A DNA stretch of 56,794 bases from Seison nebaliae (Eukaryota): positions 1 through 56,794 of the forward strand of contig JALJEE010000597.1 of NCBI GenBank assembly GCA_023231475.1, read 5' to 3'. The translations under genes were made by a program, and so were the position numbers. Every line of letters starts with the position of its first letter. Position 1 is the first letter of the stretch. Positions 37,066 through 48,100 of the stretch are shown here, piece by piece. The notes under the pieces were generated by a model that was not told the DNA's origin, searched no databases, and was given only the letters and a program-made list of their open reading frames with translations.

Positions 37066-37393
37066 GTGAGAATTAAATAATCGAGAAATAAGATAAAAAC
37101 ATATGAAGTTCGTGCATTTGGCTAATTTTTTATGTCGCCTTCAATTTTACATTAAGTTATTCTTTTAATTTTATTTCTTTTGTGCTAGAATTTTGAATCT
37201 TTACAAGTTTTATCAATTTATTTCACTTTTATATGTTGTCTAGGACTTTTCATGTTCACTTTCTGTTCTATCAAACGTCCTCGTAAACCACCGAAACATC
37301 TTTCGGACAGCTCGACTGTTAAGCGATATTCAAATATGGTCTGTAACTAAATGATGAAAAGGAAATATTATGGAGTTTTCAAATTAATTTCCT

Positions 37394-37469
37394 GATTATT
37401 GCACAAGAGCAAAAAGTATTTACCACCATTTCTACCATTATGTAATTTTACGCAGAATTATAGTTAGAA
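37394..37469 (+). repeat. Dispersed repeat, copy 1 (second copy at ~49441-49516)
   Basis: Exact 27-mer atttctaccattatgtaattttacgca at 37428-37454 and 49475-49501, with similar flanks (ttgcacaaga...ttagaa). Confidence 0.8.
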
Positions 37470-37874
37470 CTTTAGCGATGAACAGACAAATGTTTAATTT
37501 CGAGTTTCTTTTTTCATTTTTATCTCCAAAATATGTAAAATTAGAAAAGATTTAGAAAAGAAAAGATTTTTATTCTATCCGTTCAGAACAGTATTTCTCT
37601 AGCAATGATATGTTAACATAATTATAAATTGATGCCTACTGATCAGATTTGGACAACTAAAATTTGTTTCATTCATAATTTATTTTGAATGTCTCTGCTA
37701 AATTTTGACGGCCAGAGTATAGTTTATCAATATTCACATAAATAGTTGTTGTTATCATATGCCAGGGAGATTCTTAAAATAGCTTATCCATTCATCGATA
37801 TAATAAAATTGTCCCGAAATTATTCAAATAACAATTTCAAGTTTAATATTTGTAGGAGGTCGTGTAGTTTAGTT

Positions 37875-39266
37875 TCATTGGACTGATAACTCTCTCTCTT
37901 CTAGCAACACACTAGTAAGTGTTTCATATTTTAAAGCTTTAGTAAATGTTTCAATATCATCGATCAAAGATGATCTTTCGTCATTCATTAACATCCATTT
38001 CTCATTTCTTTCGATCAATGCAACCGTATGTATCAGCCCTTCGATGCCTCTTTGTAGAGGAGCTTCTTGTATTAAATAGAAACAAACTTTGTGGAGCATG
38101 ATACGAAATCCAATATTATACCGATAATAATCTGTATTTACTTCAATAACCGTACCTAACAGTATCTGCCTCATTTCTTCCACTATTAAATCGATACATG
38201 TTTCTACATTATCTTTATTCTCAGGTAGAGTACGATAATACTGTTTAATTTGTCCGACTGAAATTGAGTACTCTGGTAGTAAGCGTATAACCATTGATTT
38301 TAAATAATATTCTTTCATAACTCCATTTATTAGAAACGGATATATGTTTCTCCCATCGTGTAACTGTGGAACGGACATTGCCTGTGTATAATATGTAAGC
38401 GTACTTGCTTCCATGTGCATCTCTGCGTATGCTGTCGGTAAATACGGTAATATATGTATCAAACGATGATAAAATGTAGGATGAATTTTTAGCACGAGAG
38501 GTTTGATGGAAGCTACTCCGAAGCTTATCATTACTACTTTTGGATTAATTCCTTTGGCCATCAACTTTTCATCTAAATTCTCAAATTCGTTTTTTGTAAA
38601 ATATTTTTTGTAATCACGTTCGAACGGATACATAATTGTTGGATTTTTCGGTAGTTCAATGGCACGAATGTCCAAGGTCAACAGGTTGATTTCAGGAAAG
38701 TAAGTGTATACGAATGGAGGAAGTTGGTGGGTGGTGCAAGTTATATTTGTTAGAGAAGGTCTGCTTAACAAATCTGTTATTAATTCATACCATCTAAAAT
38801 AATCGTTCGGATCCGCATTTTTATGAAACATTATCATATCCCTACAAATCGGTCGACTAGTCATGGACAGAACATGATAAGAGTTTTCTCTAATTATTGC
38901 TTTCGACAACAAATAATCTCCTGCTACCCCAAACGTAGAAGTTCTTCCTTTGGCTTCAAACACGTTACAAATTTGTTTTATTAATACATCTGACGGACGG
39001 TTTCCGACAAACGAAGTACTAAGCAGACCTTCTTCATTTTCAACATTAAAATTCATAGTGTAACATGAATCTTCTTTACATTTCAAATATTTCATTAGAT
39101 TAATACTCGAAGTAATCATTGCTAATAAGACGTTGACAAAACAAACACCCAAATCTTTAGGGTTATAAAATCCCACCACTCGAAAACCACTACTCATACC
39201 ATAAGTATCAAGTGCAATCCAACGTTCTCTCATAAGGAGAAGATTATATTGTCGAGGCAAATCCAT
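37875..39266 (-). CDS. Divergent USP (peptidase C19)-like cysteine protease, copy 1
   Basis: Cys-box-like GFYNPKDLGVCFVNVLLAM, QQD-box-like NADPNDYF, YYLKSMVI, His-box-like HTVALIERNEKWMLMNDE in the expected order; intronless. Confidence 0.65.
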   Translation of the reverse strand: MDLPRQYNLLLMRERWIALDTYGMSSGFRVVGFYNPKDLGVCFVNVLLAMITSSINLMKYLKCKEDSCYTMNFNVENEEGLLSTSFVGNRPSDVLIKQICNVFEAKGRTSTFGVAGDYLLSKAIIRENSYHVLSMTSRPICRDMIMFHKNADPNDYFRWYELITDLLSRPSLTNITCTTHQLPPFVYTYFPEINLLTLDIRAIELPKNPTIMYPFERDYKKYFTKNEFENLDEKLMAKGINPKVVMISFGVASIKPLVLKIHPTFYHRLIHILPYLPTAYAEMHMEASTLTYYTQAMSVPQLHDGRNIYPFLINGVMKEYYLKSMVIRLLPEYSISVGQIKQYYRTLPENKDNVETCIDLIVEEMRQILLGTVIEVNTDYYRYNIGFRIMLHKVCFYLIQEAPLQRGIEGLIHTVALIERNEKWMLMNDERSSLIDDIETFTKALKYETLTSVLLEERELSVQ

Positions 39267-39344
39267 TAGGTAGATAGAAAGAGAACAAGAACAAAAATTA
39301 AAATTAGACTGATTGTTTTTTATTCAGATTACAATGCTTTTACA

Positions 39345-39360
39345 TTTATAGCAGACATTC
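39345..39360 (-). promoter_or_regulatory. Conserved TATA-containing upstream motif of the USP-like paralogs (second copy 41511-41526)
   Basis: Minus strand GAATGTCTGCTATAAA versus GAATGTCTGCCATAAA, ~75-80 bp upstream of each ATG; both starts read TACCTAATG. Confidence 0.5.
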
Positions 39361-39780
39361 TCAACAATAATATTTTTTTGTTCGAACATTTTGTTGCTGT
39401 TTCTTTATTTGAATGGAGGAACGTTAATGTTGATAAGTTGTCATCTGTTAATTCATTTCTCTTCGGCTGAAAAATATTTCCCGCTGAAGAAAACATTTCT
39501 TTTGAAAATATTTCTAAAATATTGAAATGGCTGAAAAAAATCAGTAAACTATTAATTAGACATTTAATTGTCTGTTCGTTTGAGCATTTTGAGATCTGTG
39601 GATTATTTATTATTTTAATTACTTATCCAATTTAGAATTCTTTTAAATTGAAATTAGACGACTGATATTATTGGATTTCGAGAAAGTATATTTTTTAGTA
39701 TCTTACAATTTGTCAGTCAGAATAATATATTTTTTTTATTGAAATTCCCAACGGGATAGATTAAAATTTTTGATCGATAT

Positions 39781-39986
39781 CCTCCTCTACGTTCAGTGGT
39801 AAGAGATCTCTAGGTTGCTTGAGACGTGTATCTCATCTTTGTGGCGTTTGGAACGTGCATATACCACTGCTCCACACACACCCCAATATAACTCTCGTAT
39901 CGATATGCAAGGACGTTATTTCGCAAATAAGCGTGGAATATGCGTAGATCACTGCGCTACGCACGCATATTACGTATAGAGGTTTT
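39781..39986 (+). ncRNA. Candidate structured ncRNA (~205 nt) of unknown class; telomerase-RNA-like layout
   Basis: GC-richer island with terminal stem, 8-bp long-range helix, several hairpins, G-U pairs favouring the + strand, and TTTT directly after the terminal stem. Confidence 0.5.
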
Positions 39987-40068
39987 CGGAGATAATAATG
40001 AAAAAAGAAAAAAAGTTTCAAGTTTAATATTTCTAAAATGCGGCGAAGTTTAGTTGCATTTATAAACT

Positions 40069-41437
40069 TCAAATTTTTTCTTCAAGCAATACACTGGTAA
40101 TCATTTCATGTTTTAAAGCTTCAGTAAATTTCTCGATATTATTGATAAAAGATGAAATATCATCGTTCATTATTATCCATTTATTATTTCTTTCAACCAA
40201 TGCAACCATATGAACTGGGCTAATTGCAATTAACCTTTTATAAGCGTCTTGCAATAAAAATACACAAACTTTACGGAGTATCTCTAGAAGATTGGGGTGT
40301 TTCATGTAAAAACTTCCATTTTCTAAAGGAGAATGTATTAATATCCGTTCCACTTCCCCTACCATTGAATTTGTACACATTTGTACATTTTCTATATTGC
40401 TGGGTAAAATATCATACTGAGATGCGATTTCTCCAATTTTAATTTCAAATTCTTTCCTTAACATTATAGCTATAGATTTTAAATCATATTCTTTCATAAT
40501 TCCGTTTACCAAAAATGGATATACGTTTCTGCCATCATGTAATTGTGGAACGGACATGGTTTGCGCATAATAATAAATTGAAGTTGAATCAATTTGTTGC
40601 GTTACATCGTTTCTTGTTATAGACGGTAACAAAGTTCTGATACTATAATAAAATGTAGGATGAATGATATATTTGCAAGTTACTCCAAAACCGATCATTA
40701 TCAATTTCGGATTAATTTTATTGGAGATCAACTTTCTATCCAAATTCTCCAATTCCATTTCTGCAAAATATTTTTTATAATCAGGTTCGAAAGAGTATGA
40801 AATTGTTGGATTTTGTGGAACTAGCATTACATTAACGTCCAAACTTAATAGTGTAATGTGAGGAAACCAAGTGTATGAAAATGGATAAACTTCATCCTTA
40901 ATGGTATTTGGACCTAGTACAGAAGGTCCGGTTAGTACATCGGATATCAATTCATTCCATCTAACAAAATCTCGAGCATCGACATTTTTAGTATTACGTA
41001 TCAATTCGGCACATATCATTCGACTATCCGTCGAACGAACTTCGAAAGCTCTTTGGCTTGTTAATGCTTTTGACAAAAAAATAATCTCCTGCTACTCCTG
41101 GGAAAGAATTATTTCCTTTTTCCTCATAGGTCTCGCAAATTCGTTTTATTAGAATATCAGATGGATTCCGTCCAATGGAAAAATGACAAATTATTCTTTG
41201 TGCATCTCTCATTGTATATAGCATGTTATCTGAACATAACGTCTTTCTACATTTAATATAATTCATCAGATTAATACTAGAAGTAATCATTGCCAATAAA
41301 ACATTGGTAGCACAAACACCCAAATGGGGAGGATTTGAGAAACCCTTAACTTTTGGAGTACTAACCGCACTAAAATCTTCAAGAACAGCCCAACGTCTAT
41401 GCATTAACATACGATTATAATTTTGCGGTAAATTCAT
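40069..41437 (-). pseudogene. Divergent USP-like protease, copy 2; one frameshift (pseudogene or homopolymer error)
   Basis: ORFs 41024-41437 and 40069-41076 align end to end with copy 1 (GFSNPPHLGVCATNVLLAM ... HMVALVERNNKWIIMNDD); +1 nt in the A7 run at 41075-41081. Confidence 0.65.
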
Positions 41438-42214
41438 TAGGTATTATTGAAAAAGAACTGGAAATAAAATTAAAATCAAAATTTCCTATTCACTTGAAAA
41501 TACTTGGGAATTTATGGCAGACATTCCTAATAATTTCATTCCTATTAATTGGTTATTATTATTATGTTGTTATTTTTCTACATTATTATTATTATCATTA
41601 TTTCTTTATCGAAATTCACATGGAGATAAATCAGGAAAAGAGTTTTTAAAATTTTAATCAATCACAAAGTCCACTTTAAATTTGAGTATAAATGATATAG
41701 TTGTAGTGTCTGCAATCATAAGGACTTGTTGTAATGAATTAATTTAACTTATTAATTTATAGACGTTTTTATTTTTTTACCAATAATTTTAAGAAAATAC
41801 CTAAAATTTACTTAAACATTTAGTTGATCGGATACCATATTGGCATGAATAAAAATCTGAACGAATAATGTTGATGATCTCAATCTCATTATTCTATTCC
41901 ATCCAATAATTTACAATCTCGAAGAGTTATAATTCCCAATACATTGACTTGGAATATTCTAAATAGTTTTCTGAAAACTGAAAAAGTAATTATTCTGAAA
42001 AGAATTGTTAAATTGCAAATTCTGGAAACTAGTTCGTTTGGCTAATTTTTTATTTCAAACAATTCTTTCGATTAATGTACTCTTCTCAGATTAACTATCG
42101 TTATCAGCACCAGCTGGTGGAAAATTTGTGGATTCCATGCGAATGATAATGGAGATGAGCATTAAACAAATTGAGTTCCAGATAAAATTAGTCTTAATAT
42201 TTCAAAATTAATTC

Positions 42215-42790
42215 ATGAAAAAATATTTATTAGCGTTTTGGAACTTGGGATTTCTTCTAATTCTATGTAGCTACTCAATTTGGTCTACTACGTCTCATTT
42301 GCACAAACTTATTTTTGATGATAACGATTATGCTGCCTTAATACTCCTACTACTATTGTTTTATTGTGATGTGATCATTCTTGGGAAATTGTTTGACATT
42401 TGGGGAAGTAGAAACAGAAAAAGTGATGAAAGTGAATTTTCAGATGGAGAAGAATCTGATGAGATATTAACAATCGATGAACATAAAGAAGATGAATTGT
42501 TTTATTCTCACTATTTCCATCAATATATTACCAAATCGAACTTTGTCTATTTTATGAGTTGGCATCTAACCACCTCAATATTTCTTTTATTCATAATTTA
42601 TATTTTCTTCAAATCCATCATCTACACTCGAACCTATAATGAGCGATTGTTGATTAAAAGAAATATATTTCCATTTTCCCTGCTAACTTTCTCTTTCTCT
42701 ATGCTCATCTATTCATTTACAATGCTCATCAAATATCGATCAATATGTTTCCGGCATTCTCTTAGGTCATTCCGAATCTACTCGAAATAA
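42215..42790 (+). CDS. Orphan membrane protein with ~4 TM segments and an acidic central loop
   Basis: 191-aa ORF with four hydrophobic stretches flanking SDESEFSDGEESDE. Confidence 0.6.
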   Translation: MKKYLLAFWNLGFLLILCSYSIWSTTSHLHKLIFDDNDYAALILLLLLFYCDVIILGKLFDIWGSRNRKSDESEFSDGEESDEILTIDEHKEDELFYSHYFHQYITKSNFVYFMSWHLTTSIFLLFIIYIFFKSIIYTRTYNERLLIKRNIFPFSLLTFSFSMLIYSFTMLIKYRSICFRHSLRSFRIYSK

Positions 42791-45074
42791 TTATTATTCA
42801 TATTAATTTTTCATTAAAAAATAGTTCCTTTATCCAATTTTCAAGTTTTATTCATAAACAACACCATATTATTTTTTCCGATTTCTTTCACTTCTTCCCA
42901 TTTAAAAATTCGAATAGTTTCAATTAGAAAACATTGGCAACATCAACTAGATTTGTTAAATATGCTATTTCTTACTTACATTATTTCTATTGTTAGTTAT
43001 GATATATTTAATCAACAGTAGGAAATGAATATTTTTGATTATAATTATTGTCGATGATGATTCAGTTCATGTATCAGATTTTTCACTTTGAGAAATAATA
43101 ATAACAACAATAACAACAACAAATAGCAGATATAATATTGCATGGAAATTAAATGCATAAATTAGTTAAGTCGGACATTAACTCTGGAGAAGGAAAAGAT
43201 GATAAAAAGGAAGAAGAATAAAATAACTGCCTAATAAATCAATGAAACATCTTGTAGTTGCATTTCTAATGATTATGTCATAAGAAGATAATTTGGAAAG
43301 TTGGAGAATGAAGTCTTCCTGATTGTGCTGAATAACTGTTATACAAACATGGACAATATACACATTTCTTATATAAACTATTTTTTCTTCTTACTGTTAG
43401 TTAAGGTCATTATCGTATATTCAAGATTGATTCCATATTTCTTCTTTATTATCCTTTATATTTTTCCGTTTTCTTCTTCTTATTCTCGGAATGCTGGTTC
43501 TATTAGATGAATATTCTCCCATCGATCTCTCATCACTAAAGATATGTATATTGATTAAACACTAGCAGTATTGACTCTCCAAATGGAATTGTCCAATTTC
43601 TCAAGAAGAAATTCATTCGACTCACTTTGTCAAAAGTTTTTCTTTCGGAAATTTTGATGAAGATGGAAAACTACACAATTGTTATATTGAGATAAATTAA
43701 TTTGTTTAACACGGTATATTTGGAGGAGAAAATGATCAGGAAATTATTGCGAATAGTTTGATGAAAAGTTGTCAACTTCCGATGAAGGTCATTTATGGTA
43801 ATTCGTCTATTAATTCTTTTTCAGTCGATTGACCCGTATACGTGTTAGTGAGAATGTATCACTTACGTAACATTATAGAACATATTATCAACGAATAATT
43901 ATAATCGATTAGTTCATCGAATAATGAACGTATTCCTTTTATCAAACGGCAAGTTCGACTACTCTTTTTTCGTTCGACTAATCTTCACATATTTCTGCTG
44001 TTTCCATTATTGGAATAAAAAGATATTTATTTACGTATACTCGACAATTTCATTTCGCAACTTCTTTGTTATAATACCATAATTCTTGTATTCATGGAAA
44101 TTCCGTGTTCACTTATTTCGTATAATGATTCATATAATGATTCATAATATTTTATATGTTAAAATTATTTAAATCATCATCGGTTAAAGAGGACAACAGA
44201 TATACAATTTCCATCGGTAAATAACGAAAATTTATATGTAATTCCTTTCACTTGACCATTCGATAGTGGGAATCGAGCTTCCAAAAATCTACCTTTCCTT
44301 TTTTATTAATTCTCAACATCTCATTCAAAAAATGAAAAGGGATTTAGGAGAAAATCTCACCAAAATTTTGAAGTAAAGAAACAACTGATATGATGTTAGT
44401 TTAACGGAAATTACTAATGTTTCATATTCAAATAATTGATTGAAATAAGTTTCAGTTTGGGAATTGTTTCATCGTGTATAATCTGATGTACAACCTAACA
44501 CTTTTTATCGGTCTATTAATCAATTGATGGTGATGATGATGATGATGATTTTATAGTTGATCATATATTGAAAGATGGATGAGAAAGTTGTTGTTCTGAT
44601 TATTACTCGTTTTACAATTGAGGAGAATGTTCTTTTTCAACAAATTCATATCCATGACGGATTAATTAAATTTTCGTGAATAATCCTTATTTTTCCATAA
44701 ATATTCAATTTGGCATTGACAAATCAATTCGATTCGGAAAGAATTTATTGATTATATGATTGCCTTACGATTTAGAGGGATGAATATAAAGTTTATGTTG
44801 TAAAGAAATTTATGTTTCAGAAATTGGTTGAATGTGATGACAAAGTGAGCGTGCACACGTTTTGGGGATAAATGATCGATTCGAAGAGGAAAGGATGATT
44901 GAGATGAACAAAAATTGAAGTCAACTATTAATTTTATTCTTCTTCTTTTTTCCATAAACATTATCATAGCGATATGATGTTCGACATGTCATCATCAACT
45001 TAATGTCTTCCTATAATTAAGTAGATATATGATGAGCGTATAGATGAGCGACGTCTAACTCATCAGTGTAGTAC

Positions 45075-45113
45075 AAGAAGAAGAAGAAGAAGAAGAAGAA
45101 GAAGAAGAAGAAG
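45075..45113 (+). repeat. (AAG)13 microsatellite
   Basis: Perfect trinucleotide run. Confidence 0.9.
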
Positions 45114-48100
45114 AGGAACAATAATAAGATACGAACGAAAATTGAGACATCATTGTAACTTCTGATATGTTAAAAATTAGGAAAGCGGTCGAACAATTGT
45201 TCGGATTTCATTCACATCGTTCACTCCAATCATCCGTTTTCAAGTTTTTTCTTTTGTTTATTTTACTCGTCGATCCAACAAGGAATTCATTCGAGAGATT
45301 CATTCGCATAATTTCAATTTGATACATAATTATGAAATTAAGAAAATGTTTTCATAAATATAATCGATCGTTAAATATCGAAACTTTCACTTTATCAAAC
45401 TATTTTCGAGAGAAGAAATTCATGGATAAGTGAAAGGTAAAAATTCTTTATAATCGGTCTTAATGTAAAGAAACTGGAGAAGAATGTCAATATAATATAT
45501 TCTCCGGAAAAAAATTTCTTGATAAATTTCTTTCGAAGAATTCTTCAAGAAATTGGAAATGTTCTTGTACAATTCCATTTACCTTCTTCCATCATTTCCC
45601 CTTCTTTCTCAAATATCGACTAATTTCATTTTAATGATCACACACCAAAATAATGTTGAACTTTTCAATGAAGTGTAAAAAGTATCATCACCAAACCATT
45701 TATCATCATCATCACCATCCAGTTAATGGTAACTTCTTTTTTTCTTGACGTTATCCACTTCTCAAATTGACCATCAATATTCTTCTCAAAATGTTAATTT
45801 AGATCAATCTTTACTTATGTGAAAATATTTCAAAATATTTTTCCTGCAAAATCGATTTTAAAGGAAGATGTATAACTTTTTGATTTATTTAAACTGAAAA
45901 ATGCATTTCGATAAATAATAGAATATTTTAAGTTATAATGAATAAGTTGATGCAGATGGCACGTATTAGTTCTTTTCAATTATTACGTAATGAAATCGAA
46001 TGATATTTCAACGATTCGGATGTATGTTAAAGGAATTAGGTGATAATTCAATTGAATTGCAAATTGTGAAATTGGTGTATGAAGTATTCTATCTTGAATG
46101 ATGGGGAATAAAAATTAGTAAGTTTCCGTTTCAACATTCTATGTTCATTAATGAATTGATGATGATGATGATGATGATTTTCTTTTGTCATATATAAAGT
46201 GATTTGACGAAATTTTTTCGTAAACAGCTTATGGGCAATCGAACGAAAGAGATTCCAAGTAAATGTACAGGACGAAATCAATTGAATAAATAGTCATGTC
46301 AGTCAGAACTCAGAGTCAGTCGGAAAGAAAATTGTCCCCACATCTTTCACTTTTACGCACTGAATTGATGTAAATAAAGAAAGTTCACTTAATATGTTCT
46401 GGTTATTGATAAGTATCTTTTTCTAGTTCACATTTTATGGTGAGCGACACTTAACGATTATCGCTTCATTAATCATGTTTGTTGAAGAAGAAAATGGGAA
46501 GAATGGCATTTGATTATAGGCAAGGAAAGTGTTAAGATTATGATTGAAACAATCAAATTTATCGGACAAACATCCATGTAATAAATGTTTTATATTGATA
46601 GATAATAGTATCTTCTCATCTTTTATCAATTAATTCTCCTAATACCGAAATAGTTGATGTAATTGAATAGAATTGATGAGATATCGAAAAAAACATTTTA
46701 TTAATTTCTTTCTTTCTGTGAGGAATACATATTTATATTTCATCCACAAGAAAAAAGTCAACTGAAAAACTTTTCTTATTTTTTCTGAATCAGATGGACT
46801 CAGATATTTCCAACAAATTTGTTTAGAGGCAATAGACGACGATTGACGGTAACCAAAAGGAAAATTTGGACGTACGATAGTTCAAAAGAATATTTGGACA
46901 GAAATACAAATCGAAGAATACAACCGTCTTTTTCAACATATATTTTGGAGAATAATCAACAAGGAAGATTTTCAAAGCTCTTCAACTTTCATACGCAAAC
47001 TTAAAAGGTTTGTACGATTTTTTTAGTTTAATTTGTACGTTTATGAATATATTGTATGGAACGATAAAGAGTACAAAGATAGAATGAGGATTAAATTACA
47101 AATTTGCTGACCTTCTGCTACTTGCTGTGAAGGAGTTTAGTCTAGGAACAAAAAAATATCCCATTGTCTTCTTTAGCCTTCGGAATCTTTTTCCTCCTCC
47201 TTAATGATAACATGTTGAAAAGAGTGTTGACTTTCCTCATTACGTGTTAAATTAAGTAAGGCTATTATTTATGACGAAGCAAACTGAAACCGTTTCTATG
47301 ACAATTATTGATTTATAAAACTCTTCTTCAAACATGAAACATATCCAATAAATACGGCAATCATATTTTCTAAAAGTTTTTATACGAATTGGAAGTTAAA
47401 CTGAAACTGGGAAGGAAATTGAATTAATATTTTGTGGAATTCAAATATGACTAACGTTTATCTCATCATTGCACTCAAATCGATTCTGAGTCGGTTGTTG
47501 GGAGAATGTTACATCAAATTATTGGCAGGTCTATAAATTTATTTTTATCTCCTGAAAAAGGAATTATAAAAATTAAGTATTGTTTTCTTACAAGAATTTT
47601 AAAAGATTTAGCAGATCATTTTAGAAACTTCAAATTTTTTACATTATATTTTTTCGAATATTTTTTTAGAAATATTTTTCATAGGATTCTTTAATTACGT
47701 ACTTAAGTTAAGAAATTAAATTGAAATTAAAAGAATTCTGATATAATAAATGCGAACACAATCCAACTGAAGTCAATCAAATTTTTTTTGGAGAGTATCC
47801 CCGAAGGTCTTTTAAAAAAAATTTCTTTATTAACTATATTATTTATAGTGGAATGAAAATTGTGCATATAGTAGAATAATTTTGAAGTTATTCTTCTGAA
47901 ACTTACCATGTATGATCAAAAGAGAAATTGATTTATTGCAAATTGATCATTATATTTTGCTTCTAAAAAATAGGTAGTTTCCAATGTGAAATGCAAATTT
48001 GCACTCATTGGTCCAATGTAAGGATATTGAGAAATTTATTTAATATTATATTATTAGAAATGATTCAGTATATTATTATTAGACATAATTACTGTGGAAT

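Noticed and set aside
39781..39995. Identification of the structured element as U3, SRP, RNase P/MRP, a spliceosomal snRNA or a hammerhead ribozyme
   Set aside because: Diagnostic boxes (C/D, SRP helix-8 GNRA, correctly spaced CR-I/CR-V, Sm site, CUGANGA) were not found; the 79-aa ORF 39833-40072 over it looks incidental.
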